In this document: in pieces, positions 18,301 to 28,600 of the stretch
Layout: the number at the start of each line of letters is the position of its first letter
Numbering within the stretch: the stretch's first letter is position 1
Virus record (IMG/VR): IMGVR_UViG_3300032331_003609
Location: 180,851-244,850 of that record
DNA: 64,000 bases
Strand: one strand, 5' to 3'
The notes under the pieces: model-generated
Told to the model about the DNA's origin: nothing
The model's database searches: none
Seen by the model: only the letters and a program-made list of their open reading frames with translations
Program-made: the position numbers and the translations under genes

Positions 18301-19888
18301 CTTAGATCTGAAAAGAAAATCTCCTTTGGACGGATCTGATCCAAAGCAAAAGATAAAAGAACTTTCAGAGTTGGCTGCTTCTTTTGATTCGCAAAAGATA
18401 GAAGCAATTAAATCAGTAATGAAGGATTATTTAAAAACAGCAATTGTTGTTCCTGATATACAATTCCCTAAGCAATCAAAAAACCTAATTGCTGACATAC
18501 CTTCTCCTATAAAAATTATAAGAGATATTAACGCTAAAATAAAAATAGGAGCAATACCACAAGTACCTTCTACTGGGAGAAAAGTTAATTTAAAATCTAG
18601 AATTTTAGATTCTGTTAAGAATATAGAATTCAAAACATCATCAAAATACGCAGATCTAAATAAAGATTTACCCAAGGGATCAAGAATAGTTGCTGTTTTA
18701 AATTCTCCAATAGGAGAGATAGGAAAAAATCCGGAAGATCTAGAATCTTTAAAGGGATTAATCTCTGATGGTATAGGCCAGATCTTTAGTGGAGATAAGT
18801 CTCCTTTAAGCAATAAATCGCTCTTAACATTTAAACCTAAGTTAAAAAAAATTCCAAGGATTCCTGGAGCCAATTTACCAGCACCCGGATCTATAATAGC
18901 TACACCAAATCCGATTGTTAATTCAGTTAAAGGGTTTATTACAAAAAATCTAAACGTAAACGTTCAGGATCTTACCAAGCTTGCTGAAAGAACATCAATA
19001 GGGGGTAACAAAGTATTAAGAGAAAAAGACATTCAATTGATGATTAAAAATTCTTTGGATAAAACATTGAGTAAATTTCCAATCGATCTAAAGAATGTTA
19101 ATTTTCCTAATATTGCTAGTGCTGGTGATGTTGCCCAGGAGTATTCTAAATTCTCTTCGTCATTAGAACTACCAGCATTCCCTCCAAAGAAAAGTGGAAA
19201 CCCTGCAGTTCCTATAGGGATCGGGGGTATTCCTCCTATAATAATTCCTGGTTCTGTTATTGCAAGCTTTATAGTAGACGGAGCTTCATCATCAATAGAT
19301 TCAGTGGATGTTTCTAAAATTATGCCTGGGGGATTAGCTTCGTTTGATAATCTTTCTGCAGACGATATTAAAGTAATGGGAAATAATATAGCAGTTTCTT
19401 TTTTAAATAAGATTAGTATACCTGCATTAGATAATTTACCTCCTATACCATTAGAAGCAAGACCTCAAGATTATGTTGAACTTGTTATGAGTTTTCTTCC
19501 TGTTCACCCCTTTGCTGATATTGCGTTCACCTTACTGTGGACTAAATATAAAAGTCCACCCAGAATTCCAATACCTTCAGATATAATAGAACAGCTTCTA
19601 AATCTACAAAAAGCGATAGTTTACAAACTTCCTTGGCCGATAGTTGTTTTACTCGGGAGAAATGTTATTAACATTCTAAATCCTCTCTATACTAGGGAAG
19701 ATATTCCAAGATGGGATAGGATGTCTTTAAAAAATCCATTTTTTGTTGTTTTTCTTGATGAATTCATAAGATCTGCAGCAGATATTTCCGGAGGATTTAA
19801 ATTCTTTATAGGAGCGGGAAAATTATTTTATCCTCTCCCAACTCTCGAAATTAATTTGGGGTTTGGTACTAAAATTAACATAAACTAA
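15356..19888 (+). CDS. Large hypothetical virion protein with Cys cluster and Pro/Ile-rich hydrophobic segments
   Basis: 1510-aa ORF immediately after the spike gene; no family recognised. Confidence 0.6.
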   Translation: MDFNFNKLQDISDRISSGELKPEDVLSEFGGFTDDLPSDEEIISNAEELEKSIDPVPMILTDDEINDLICAYEGEELANRIFWEILRKQNYLDRITERPDFLRNRYFDKFMDDNDLSDRLLSAKEMVSDSLDLDLLGIKFTGSNKKIRKFKIGPFGFEIHVITHKGVPLFFHVAPKKMSIQFIRDQLKKKGKKGKAKKCSDDIYNKYGSGAGPATSNNGDFGAGTGSEAGSDSGFGANNIDPENLVSLLDNILERESSERNSNNAFDVSDIVDQVFCEPDFPINPETGEPLFTKDDLKSFIEEICLPENESAIPEVLPEGGIEDVGEKINKCLSQAKDIFKDIRENNELRSRYEKAEKDLEEILYHYKIIKNYYNGLSKAFEAKAKSGKKGNPLKLILGLVLATSDANKFLDEVKNFSGRFKDTKKQSTPGKKGYVGIKFNLSFPHGLKKEIPYETVKPEATSDLLSTNYERVDITQLQLGMEFSSKGILGSGNSSFLKSYEDFIIFKDDNPKLDVPFYNFIQDIEGSNKSKDAIIKDIEKNHGFLYSTLLEISASPWLFFTEEERGDNNARKSSDIKPKSTNSEGEPNQSFYDFWGNFKKSFDVKYTARKKIVEDKIKSIKVLSDKFVDSLADYYFTVNMSSASDNSKLLKDVSDKADKNVGYIEDLLLMIAQKIQELDQQNSPEVLQARAESIDCFGSADNGNGTGGSTSSGISVNLDANGGIKNSGGDTIKAACPPDCCGSPGQAFSGGNILDGLNSPDCPNLFTTCYWKEFAKKATTVGILPLPNGLPPIENPAGFLPNIGLKYWPVGYLPPSFIPLPPPLVNPLDGMPFIRIPMPMIWTVIPPIVIPLPIGVIVIFIPFIGGFMPSPLVFFHDFLTGNSIFLLGIRGFRFIPRKSDPVIPDPLVRLKQFLSLGVPNYLFPFPNLGKDNVDDPKRIKKDILANLKKRLANAKVNIDFSKIQKVQDDLAKKKKDLEDQILDLKRKSPLDGSDPKQKIKELSELAASFDSQKIEAIKSVMKDYLKTAIVVPDIQFPKQSKNLIADIPSPIKIIRDINAKIKIGAIPQVPSTGRKVNLKSRILDSVKNIEFKTSSKYADLNKDLPKGSRIVAVLNSPIGEIGKNPEDLESLKGLISDGIGQIFSGDKSPLSNKSLLTFKPKLKKIPRIPGANLPAPGSIIATPNPIVNSVKGFITKNLNVNVQDLTKLAERTSIGGNKVLREKDIQLMIKNSLDKTLSKFPIDLKNVNFPNIASAGDVAQEYSKFSSSLELPAFPPKKSGNPAVPIGIGGIPPIIIPGSVIASFIVDGASSSIDSVDVSKIMPGGLASFDNLSADDIKVMGNNIAVSFLNKISIPALDNLPPIPLEARPQDYVELVMSFLPVHPFADIAFTLLWTKYKSPPRIPIPSDIIEQLLNLQKAIVYKLPWPIVVLLGRNVINILNPLYTREDIPRWDRMSLKNPFFVVFLDEFIRSAADISGGFKFFIGAGKLFYPLPTLEINLGFGTKININ

Positions 19889-19910
19889 AAATCATTTAAA
19901 AACAAAAAAA

Positions 19911-21035
19911 ATGGCTAACAAAAGACAATACACAAGGGACGAGTATTCTCCGGAAGAAAGGGCTGTTATGGACGAACTTTACGAAGGTCACTTTAGAGTA
20001 ACTTTTGCAGACAACCCATCTCAATCATATTCTAAAGAGCTGGAAGAAAACCAAGTTCTAAGTGTAAGAATTACACAAATCAGAGGAACAAATGCAATAG
20101 GGGAAACCTCAGTGGGTCAATCCGTTGCAATAGATTTAATGAAGGAAGAAAAAGCAATCAAAAGATTGGGATTCCCTGCACTTGATGTACAGGAAGGATC
20201 ACAATTGGATGTTGTTATATTCAAAGATAAATCTGGAATGTACAACGGATCTCTAGCAGCGGGATACGAAAATTCATTAAAGACTGATCTATTGAATTCC
20301 ATTAAAGATGAGAAATCAGCATACACAGTAAGAATTGATTCAACATGCCCAGGTGGATTTATGGTGAACCTTTCTGGTATCAAGTGTTTCTTGCCTGGAT
20401 CTTTAGCAGCTGCTAATAGAATCATAGACTTCCAATCATTTGTTGGAAAAACAATCAATATTATGATTGAGACCTATGACGAAAGAAGAGACATCTTCGT
20501 TGTTTCCTTTAAGAAATATCTTAAACACGTTATTAATGCTAAGGTTGAAGAACTTTCTCTCACCCAAAAATATACGGGAACGGTTACAGGAGCATCAAAT
20601 GCTGGTGTATTTGTAGAGTGGGATCAGTATTACACTGGCTTAATCCCTGCTGAAGAATTTGATAATGCAGGTATTAAAATGGATTTAAGTTCAGGAGGAA
20701 GCGTATCATTCTATGTTTCTGATTTTAGAAATCCGAACAGAATTGTACTAAGATTAAATCCACCGGAAGGGAAAGATAAGGATTTACAAGAGCTTAGAGA
20801 CATTTCTTTATCAGAAGATAAAGAAAATAAAATATATAGAGGGACAGTGACAAAGGTGAAGAATTTCGGTGTTTTTGTAAAACTTGAAAATAACATCGTT
20901 GGCCTTGTTGAAAAGGACTATTTGGCTGGAAATCCAAAAGATTATGAGGTAGGATCTGAAATATCTTGCACCATTATGGACGTAGAGCTACAGAGTTCAA
21001 AACTCTATCTAAAGCAAAAAATTGAAAATACTTGA
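19911..21035 (+). CDS. rpsA: Ribosomal protein bS1 homolog (about 4 S1 domains)
   Basis: GGFMVNLSGIKCFLPGS matches bS1 D2 (GGxxVxxxGIxAFLPGS). YTGTVTGASNAGVFVE...TGLI and YRGTVTKVKNFGVFVKLENNIVGLV are canonical S1 repeats. Confidence 0.85.
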   Translation: MANKRQYTRDEYSPEERAVMDELYEGHFRVTFADNPSQSYSKELEENQVLSVRITQIRGTNAIGETSVGQSVAIDLMKEEKAIKRLGFPALDVQEGSQLDVVIFKDKSGMYNGSLAAGYENSLKTDLLNSIKDEKSAYTVRIDSTCPGGFMVNLSGIKCFLPGSLAAANRIIDFQSFVGKTINIMIETYDERRDIFVVSFKKYLKHVINAKVEELSLTQKYTGTVTGASNAGVFVEWDQYYTGLIPAEEFDNAGIKMDLSSGGSVSFYVSDFRNPNRIVLRLNPPEGKDKDLQELRDISLSEDKENKIYRGTVTKVKNFGVFVKLENNIVGLVEKDYLAGNPKDYEVGSEISCTIMDVELQSSKLYLKQKIENT

Positions 21036-22482
21036 TCAAAATTTTTATTACGCAGCTAAAATTGGATTCGAATTTGAATTCATGTCTTCTTTTTCAAGAA
21101 AAGAAATAGCTGAAAAAATTGGGGAAGATTTAGGGAAACAGGTAAAGGTCTTTAGAAAATACCACTCTAAATTTTCCCCAACTCGTGATATTTTTAAACT
21201 AGAGCCTGATTTTTCTGGTGGTCTTAAAATGGTTGAATTAATAACTGGGCCGATGGATTACTTTGAGGCAATACCGGTTTTAATTAGAATCTTAAAATGG
21301 ATAGACGAAAATGGGTATACCAGCGAAAGATGCGCATTACAATTCGGTCTAAGTTTTGATAGAGTAAAATACCCAACCCTTATAGATTTTACCCAATTAA
21401 ACCCTTTGAAATTTGTTCTTGGGTTTGATGAAGAATTCATATGGAATAAATTTCCAGAAAGAAGAGGATCATTATATGCCAAATCTATTAAAAGAATATC
21501 CCCATCTAATAGATTTATAAGAGGACACAAGGATATTTTAGGAGACAGAAATTCTTACACTGTTTATACTGAAAAAAATATGGGTGTCAATCTAACTAAA
21601 TTACAAGATGGTTACATGGAAGTTAGATACCTGGGGGGTACAGATTATCAAAAAAAGTATACAGACATTAAAGAAATTATGGATTATATAATAACCCATA
21701 CATTTAATTGCCTTTTACACAATGATACTCTGACTCAAAAAGAGACTTCAACACTCAGTGAATTAATATCTAAGGTTTATAAAGAAACTGAAAGTTTTAT
21801 AGATCCTGAGTCATTTATGAAGAACTATCCCAATCTTCATGTTACTGTTGACTTAAGAGAAGATTTACAAATAATTAAAACATATTTCAATGAAGTAAAA
21901 AACTTCCTTTATAGTTTAATTGTTGATAATGGGATTACAGAGGGATTTTTAAACTACGACACGCAAATTGCTAAGTATCAATTAAAAGACGGAAGGACAA
22001 AAAGAGCTAATTTATTAAAAGATTTAGATCTAATAGAATGCGATATTGAAGGAAACATAGCAGGGTGTAGAATATTTGGGTGTAAATTAAATAGCTGTCA
22101 AATAGAAGATTCACAATTTGTTATGAATAATGACATAAAAGATTCTAAAATTCTTGACTGCGATTTAAGCTTTAGCAATAATGTTATTAATTCTTATATA
22201 GATTCTAAAGAAAGAGAGATTAGCTGTGAGATTGAAGGTGGAGTTATTAGATCTGGTTATATAACAAAATTGGCAGTTATCTCAGATTCGACTGAGATTA
22301 TTAGTAATAGCGCAGATGCTAAAGGTAAGGACAAGGGTAAGGGTAAAGGGGGAAAAATGATAAAGTCTACCGTCTTCCCAGATAGAAACTACGAAGATAT
22401 TACGAAACCGCAGCCATTTGAAGATCTGAATAAGAGAAGACCTGCTTTTTCAGTGAACAAACTATACAAAAATAACAACTAA
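21022..22482 (+). CDS. Putative amidoligase (COOH-NH2 ligase, Amidoligase_2-like) with C-terminal beta-helix-like region
   Basis: KIGFEFEF, LEPDFSGG..VELITGP, CALQFGLS and KNMGVN...MEVRYLGG. TTG start overlaps the S1 gene stop. Confidence 0.7.
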   Translation: MKILDQNFYYAAKIGFEFEFMSSFSRKEIAEKIGEDLGKQVKVFRKYHSKFSPTRDIFKLEPDFSGGLKMVELITGPMDYFEAIPVLIRILKWIDENGYTSERCALQFGLSFDRVKYPTLIDFTQLNPLKFVLGFDEEFIWNKFPERRGSLYAKSIKRISPSNRFIRGHKDILGDRNSYTVYTEKNMGVNLTKLQDGYMEVRYLGGTDYQKKYTDIKEIMDYIITHTFNCLLHNDTLTQKETSTLSELISKVYKETESFIDPESFMKNYPNLHVTVDLREDLQIIKTYFNEVKNFLYSLIVDNGITEGFLNYDTQIAKYQLKDGRTKRANLLKDLDLIECDIEGNIAGCRIFGCKLNSCQIEDSQFVMNNDIKDSKILDCDLSFSNNVINSYIDSKEREISCEIEGGVIRSGYITKLAVISDSTEIISNSADAKGKDKGKGKGGKMIKSTVFPDRNYEDITKPQPFEDLNKRRPAFSVNKLYKNNN

Positions 22483-22484
22483 GA

Positions 22485-23255
22485 ATGACTACATCAGAAG
22501 AGGCATTAATACAGGAGGTAAAGGACGACATATCTCATTCTTGCGCATTACCATATGCATTAAACGACCAAGAGATAAAAAGAATTATTAAAAGGGCTAA
22601 GGCTTATTTTTATGATAATTATCAATATGCAGTAGAAGATAAAATATTAGTATTGCCATCCCAGGTATTTTCAAATGCTCAGTTTAAAGCGACAAGGCAA
22701 GTTCAATTGCCTGACTGCGTTATAAGTGTTTGGGATGTAAGAGAAGTGGGGGGTGCAGGAATGATAGGTACTCCTGATAGAGATTTTGGAGACTCCAAAC
22801 TTTTAGGATCTGAGCTTATGCTAAGCCCATTTATAGGGGACAATTTAGTCTATAGAACTGTATTATATTCATTCTTCGATCTTGCTAAAGCTTTTCTTTT
22901 AGAGACTTTTGCATTCGGATACAATAAAAATACTAAAAGGCTAACTATAAATGGACGTGATCCTAGTAGAACAACATCATCGGGTCTTACTATTGGGGGT
23001 AAAGATGTGGGGGTAAGAGCATTTATAGCCATCCCTGATGAAAACCTTTATTCTGATGAGCTTTTTGTTAGATATGTTCTAGCAGAAGCAAAAATTAACA
23101 TAGGCAGGCTTTTAGGCACTTTTGGCTATCAATTGCCGGGCGGAGTGACCATAAATGCAGCTGCTATTCAAGGAATTGGACAGGCAGAAAAAACTGAAGT
23201 TATGGAAATGATTAAATCAGAAAATACCCCAAGTTACTTCCTACAGTGGAATTAA
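22485..23255 (+). CDS. gp13: Neck protein, T4 gp13-like
   Basis: IKRAKAYFYDNY at the N-terminus and FVRYVLAEAKINIGRLLGTFGYQLPGGVTINA at the C-terminus. Confidence 0.8.
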   Translation: MTTSEEALIQEVKDDISHSCALPYALNDQEIKRIIKRAKAYFYDNYQYAVEDKILVLPSQVFSNAQFKATRQVQLPDCVISVWDVREVGGAGMIGTPDRDFGDSKLLGSELMLSPFIGDNLVYRTVLYSFFDLAKAFLLETFAFGYNKNTKRLTINGRDPSRTTSSGLTIGGKDVGVRAFIAIPDENLYSDELFVRYVLAEAKINIGRLLGTFGYQLPGGVTINAAAIQGIGQAEKTEVMEMIKSENTPSYFLQWN

Positions 23256-23287
23256 TATCCGTAATTATCTTCTGTCTATATTTTCTA

Positions 23288-23296
23288 AATATATAA
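23288..23296 (+). promoter_or_regulatory. Putative late promoter AATATATAA
   Basis: Recurring motif, 7 nt upstream of the gp25-like ATG. Confidence 0.6.
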
Positions 23297-23303
23297 GGGA
23301 GAT

Positions 23304-23675
23304 ATGATCAAAATCTCGGACATATACCCAAGAAATCCTGACGACCCTCATTATGAGGCAGACAAGCTGGAAACGGATGATGTTGTTGAATCAACCATAG
23401 GTATGATAAAACAAATCATGCTTACCAAGCCTGGGACTGTTTTGGGTGATCCTTATTTTGGCATCGATCTAGAATCAATGATATTTGATTTTGAGGTTTC
23501 TCAAAGTGAATTGGAGGAGGCTATTTCTTTACAGCTTTACACCTATTGTACTTTTGCTAGAGGAATCTTAAATATCGATTTTCAGTTAGGGTTTTTTGAA
23601 GGCGAAACAAGAGATACGTGTGTAATAGAGTTTGCAATCAAGGGTAACCCAGTTCTAGGAATAAAGGTAATTTAA
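23304..23675 (+). CDS. gp25: Baseplate wedge protein gp25-like
   Basis: IKQIMLTKPGTVLGDPYFGIDLESMIFD is the gp25/GPW motif. Confidence 0.85.
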   Translation: MIKISDIYPRNPDDPHYEADKLETDDVVESTIGMIKQIMLTKPGTVLGDPYFGIDLESMIFDFEVSQSELEEAISLQLYTYCTFARGILNIDFQLGFFEGETRDTCVIEFAIKGNPVLGIKVI

Positions 23676-23678
23676 AAG

Positions 23679-25403
23679 ATGGATTTATTTAAAAAAAATC
23701 GTGCCAAGATACAAGACCTATTACAGGATACTCTTGAGCTAATACAAAAAAGGTATAACCAAGCAAATCAGTTATTTACTGTTGCTTCTGCATGGGGACA
23801 AATTCTATTTGTTTTACAGAACCTGTCTCAGCTTATATTATTCTTTATAGAAGATTCTATAACTGAACTTGATATCAAAAAAGCAAGTAGAGAAAGCTCT
23901 GTGTATGGATTAGCAGCGTTAACTGGGCATAATGCTACAAGAAGTGGTTGTGCAAGAGGCCAAATAGATATTACATGGAATGGACAGGATTCTACCAGTG
24001 TTGGTGGTAGTGCTATTTTAATTCCAAAATATTCAACTATAAAATTCCAAAATGGTGGTGTTGGTTATCTTTTAAATCTTCCGCAGGATTATGCTAGATT
24101 AAATCTAACCCCTTCCAGTAAAATATCATGCGAGATAATGGAAGGAAGTATAAAGGCATCTACGTTTACTGGTAGCGGAACTGTATTACAAAGTTATAAC
24201 GTATCCGACAGGGTAACTTCAACTGTTGATAATTTTGAGGTTAAAGTATTTGTTGATAGCGAAGAATGGAAAATTTATGAATCATTATATGATATACCTT
24301 TTAATTATAAAGGATGTTTAATTAAAACTGGAATTAATAACGGTATAGACGTTATCTTTGGTAATATTAATTTTGGAAAAATACCTCCTCTTGGATCAAC
24401 TATTCAGGTTCAATATGTAGAAACCATAGGAATTGCGGGAAATATAAATTCTTTAGAACCTGGAAAAATTGTATTTGAATTTGATGATGATGGTACAGAT
24501 GCATTTGGCAATCCTGTTTCATTGAAGGATTATTTAAAAATAAATTGTGTTACCGCTCCCCAACTTGGTACCGACAAAGAATCAATACAGCTTACTAGAA
24601 TTTTAGCTCCTAAAACATCAAGATCTTTCGTATTAGCAAATGCTGAAACGTATATTACATATTTTGAAAAATTTGGTACCTTTTCTATAATTGAAGCATT
24701 TTCAACATTTGATGATCAATATTTAGACGATGATAACATTATTTATGTTTTATTAGTACCTGACATAACACAAAAGCTTAAAACAAATGAAACATATTTT
24801 GATATAAAAGAAACTGAATTTATATTAACAGATTATCAGAAGAAAAGATTATTAAAGGTAATAGATGATAGTGGACAAAAAATAGTAACCACTGAGGTTA
24901 AAATATTAGATCCTAAAATTTCAAGATATGTGATTAATGTTTTAATTAGCATTTTTGAGGGATATGATCCTGATACGGTTCGAGGTCAAATTGTTGATTC
25001 AATAAGTTCATATTTTATAGGAATAAGAAGAAGAGATAAAATTCCAAGATCTGATTTAATCGCTATATTAGAATCTATAGCAGGAGTTGATTCTGTTACC
25101 TTGTTTTTTGTTAGTGAGAAAAATGAAAAATATGCTATAAGTGTTGAAGGACTTCCTGATAATGATCCTAAGAAAAATATTGTTTTAGGATTAGATGAAT
25201 TTGGCGATATAGTATTTGGTAAAGATGAGATAGCAATCATAACTGGTGGATGGGGTGATAGAGCAGGTCTTTATTATGATAAAGGTGCAGATTACAATAA
25301 AATATCTTCTATTAATATTGATATTAGAGCTACTGTTCCCGTAACATATAACACAGAGATCAATAATAAGAATAAGGCATTCTTAAAAAATAACAATCAA
25401 TAA
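23679..25403 (+). CDS. gp6: Baseplate wedge protein gp6/baseplate J-like
   Basis: SVYGLAALTGHNATR, KTGINNGIDVIFGNINFGKIP, ESIQLTR...VLANAETY and ISSYF...SDLIAILESIAGVDSV. It follows gp25. Confidence 0.85.
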   Translation: MDLFKKNRAKIQDLLQDTLELIQKRYNQANQLFTVASAWGQILFVLQNLSQLILFFIEDSITELDIKKASRESSVYGLAALTGHNATRSGCARGQIDITWNGQDSTSVGGSAILIPKYSTIKFQNGGVGYLLNLPQDYARLNLTPSSKISCEIMEGSIKASTFTGSGTVLQSYNVSDRVTSTVDNFEVKVFVDSEEWKIYESLYDIPFNYKGCLIKTGINNGIDVIFGNINFGKIPPLGSTIQVQYVETIGIAGNINSLEPGKIVFEFDDDGTDAFGNPVSLKDYLKINCVTAPQLGTDKESIQLTRILAPKTSRSFVLANAETYITYFEKFGTFSIIEAFSTFDDQYLDDDNIIYVLLVPDITQKLKTNETYFDIKETEFILTDYQKKRLLKVIDDSGQKIVTTEVKILDPKISRYVINVLISIFEGYDPDTVRGQIVDSISSYFIGIRRRDKIPRSDLIAILESIAGVDSVTLFFVSEKNEKYAISVEGLPDNDPKKNIVLGLDEFGDIVFGKDEIAIITGGWGDRAGLYYDKGADYNKISSINIDIRATVPVTYNTEINNKNKAFLKNNNQ

Positions 25404-25657
25404 TGTTTAACACAGAAAGAAAGAGCTATTACGAATATATTGAAACAACGGAAGACAGAAGAACAAATGTAGGTTTTGAGTACGAGGGAAGAATATTTGA
25501 AAAAACACTTTCTTCTATAACTCTTGGGGGAGACAATAACAGAAAAAGTATATTGAATTCTATCGAAAAAGTTGTTTTTAGATTAATTGAAACAACAAAG
25601 AATATTAGAAATTTTGTTAACTATAGAGTTCCTAAAAATAATAAGTATGTTCGATAA
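25403..25657 (+). CDS. Small hypothetical baseplate-associated protein
   Basis: Translationally coupled (TAATG) on both sides, between the gp6-like and gp7-like genes. Confidence 0.65.
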   Translation: MFNTERKSYYEYIETTEDRRTNVGFEYEGRIFEKTLSSITLGGDNNRKSILNSIEKVVFRLIETTKNIRNFVNYRVPKNNKYVR

Positions 25658-28600
25658 TGAGTTATAAAAATCTTATATTTTTTAATAAATCTGGGCATCA
25701 GACAAATCTAATCTGGAATGGGGATTTTTGGGAAGCAAGATTAATGCTACCCAGGGTCTCTGTTGACCTATTTGAAATAGAGCATTTCTTTATTGTAGAA
25801 AAATTTTTAGACCTTAACGGTAAAACAGTTTATGGATATCCGCATATAACACCAGATATAACAGCAACCACAACAGCTTCTGGAATATATGGAAATTTTA
25901 CAGCTGGATCTAATGTAATAAAAACAGATAATGCTCCTCTAGCTGATTATATAGGAGCGAAAGTTTTTACTGATCAATTTCCTCAAGGAAATGAAGTAGT
26001 TTCAGTTGACCTATTGCTAAATAGAATAACATTAAAAGATTCTGCAACCATAACAGAAAATGATGTTCCATTAATATTTAATCTTTGGAAGTCATCTTTC
26101 GAAACTACAAGAAACGTTTTAGATTTTGATACCTTTGATTCTTTTAAGGGTGATATAATTAAGGGAACTGATTATATCACAACATCTTCTGATTTGTCTA
26201 AAATTAAAAGCAGCGGAGATTATTTAACTTTATTAGGTAATGGCGTTCCAAAAAATGCTAGAATAACAAGTATAGTTGGAAATAAGATTTATCTAAATAA
26301 AATATGTAATGTTAATATTACAAATACATCAATATTTGTATATCCAGTTGAAGAAAAAAATGATGTATCTGATTATATTTTTCAGTATGAAGTTTTTGAA
26401 GATAAAACTTTAGATGCTCCGGTATTAAACAAACTACAGAATTCTTATATTAAGGTTGGATACGACGGAACGGAATCTTTCCAAAATGACATAAGAACCA
26501 GTGATTATATTGATTCATCAAGTATTACTATTAACATAGCTTTGAATTCACCAGATGAAGGAATATTTGGAAGAACCCTTGTTATAGAGGATTATTCTTT
26601 GGGATATCCTAAGATCATAGCAAGAATTGAAATACACGGGGAGACAATAGGGGAAGACGAAAGATATAAAACTTTATTAAGTAACTTCGGAAGAAAATTA
26701 AACTCTGAAGATGCTTACATTTTAAGACCAAGTGATCCTAAAGAACCGTATACTGATTATGAAATAATAAATGCCAAAAGAAAAGAACTTTTATTGGAAG
26801 GCCATGAAATATTTTCATATCTTGGATCATACAAGGGATTAATAAATGCAATAAGATTTTTTGGATATCAGGATTTAAGGGTTAAAGAATATTGGTTAAA
26901 TGTAAAAAAATCAGATACCGCAGTAGGTGCTCTTAAGGAGAATTCTGATTTTATGAACAAATTAAAAGCAAAGCCCCAGAGTCAGAGCACCCTAATAGGA
27001 AATCTTTTAGATGATGAGAATGCTGGTAGTTATAAACAAGTAGAAATATACGGTAAGAAAAATGACGGAACATACGGATTAAAATCATCAATGGAGGAAT
27101 TATTTCCATCCTCTAGTTATAAAAAAACTGCACTGTTTGGACTTTTCTATGATATTAATGTTGTAGTTGATGAAGCTTACGATGAATTTGGATATCCTAT
27201 TACAAAAAATGCAGATGTATTTTCACCTGATGAGGTTTTAATTAAACTATTTGGATTAAAGGAAAAACTTAAGAAAGATTATCTTCCATTAAATGCTAGG
27301 ATTATAGATATTACTGGTGAAGGTGTTTATTTTGGAATTTATAAAAACAGATTGTGGATAGACAATTTAAAAATAGACGAGTTACATCAAGGAATAGATC
27401 TAGATCTTGCTTTTACTCCAGATTATGGATACGTTGAAGATTTAAGACCTTTCTATCTTAGACCTAATAAATACATTCCGTTTGTTCCTTTTGTTGGAGA
27501 AAACCTTTCTTCATACAAATACACAACCTACGGCAATCATGTAGAACCTAAAGCAACAAATCCGATATTCACTGGGACTGAATCTAAAAAATTAGCAGAT
27601 TCTATTAAGCTGTTTTATGAAAGAAGAAACAAAGGAGAAATAAAGTATAGATTAGGAGACGGAGATAGTAAGAATAATGGTTACTTTAAATTGTTTGATG
27701 GACAAAAATATGAAGTACCTGCAGGATTTCCTACAGTTTTAGAAGTCACAACATTCAATATAAGTTGGGATGAAGTAGGTAATCATTGGGATGCATTAGA
27801 AAATAATTTTGCAACATACTCAACGTCATTATCTTCTTGGAATGATACTGGTTATACGGGAGATGGATTAATAAATTCTTCTTTAAGCTACACTTTTGAT
27901 ACTGCAACAGGATTTGGTACGCTATTTAGTATAACGTTACCTACTGGATTAAATTTCCTACATCCTAGTATGGGATCAGTCCAATTGAAATTCACTTCAA
28001 CGGATGATAGTTCTTTTCAGTTTCTTTGCGAGGTAGAGAATGGCACAACACCCGGAACGTATTACGACGCAACATCCGGTGTAACCCCCTTAAAACTTTT
28101 ATGGTCAAAGGGGGATGGAATAATGGACACCTGGAAGGTTGAGCTGGTTAATACATTCAAAGATCTTTTAAGCGTTGAGTATTATGATTATTCATTTAAT
28201 CCTGGGGGATTCTATTCGTGGGACAATCTTAGATTTGCTGGATTCTATGAAATAGAATGGACAGTAATTAAAAGAGGTGAAGTACCCTTCTATTACGAAT
28301 TTAGGGGCGCTATAAGCGACTATTATAAATTACCAATTGTACTACCGTATGACGGAATATACTCCGTTAAATGCAGAGTATGGGATGGATTCAATGATAT
28401 TTGCACCGTTAACTATGAAAATTGTATAGAGGTTAAGAAAAGGGACATAGAATTAACCAATATTGCCAGATTTAGAGAGACCGAAGTTTATACATGGGAG
28501 AATACCAAACAAAACTGGGACGATTATATTTCTATGTGGTTATTCCCGGTAGAGAAAGGAAGAGATCCTGGTATTATTTCAAATCAGATACTAAATCCAG

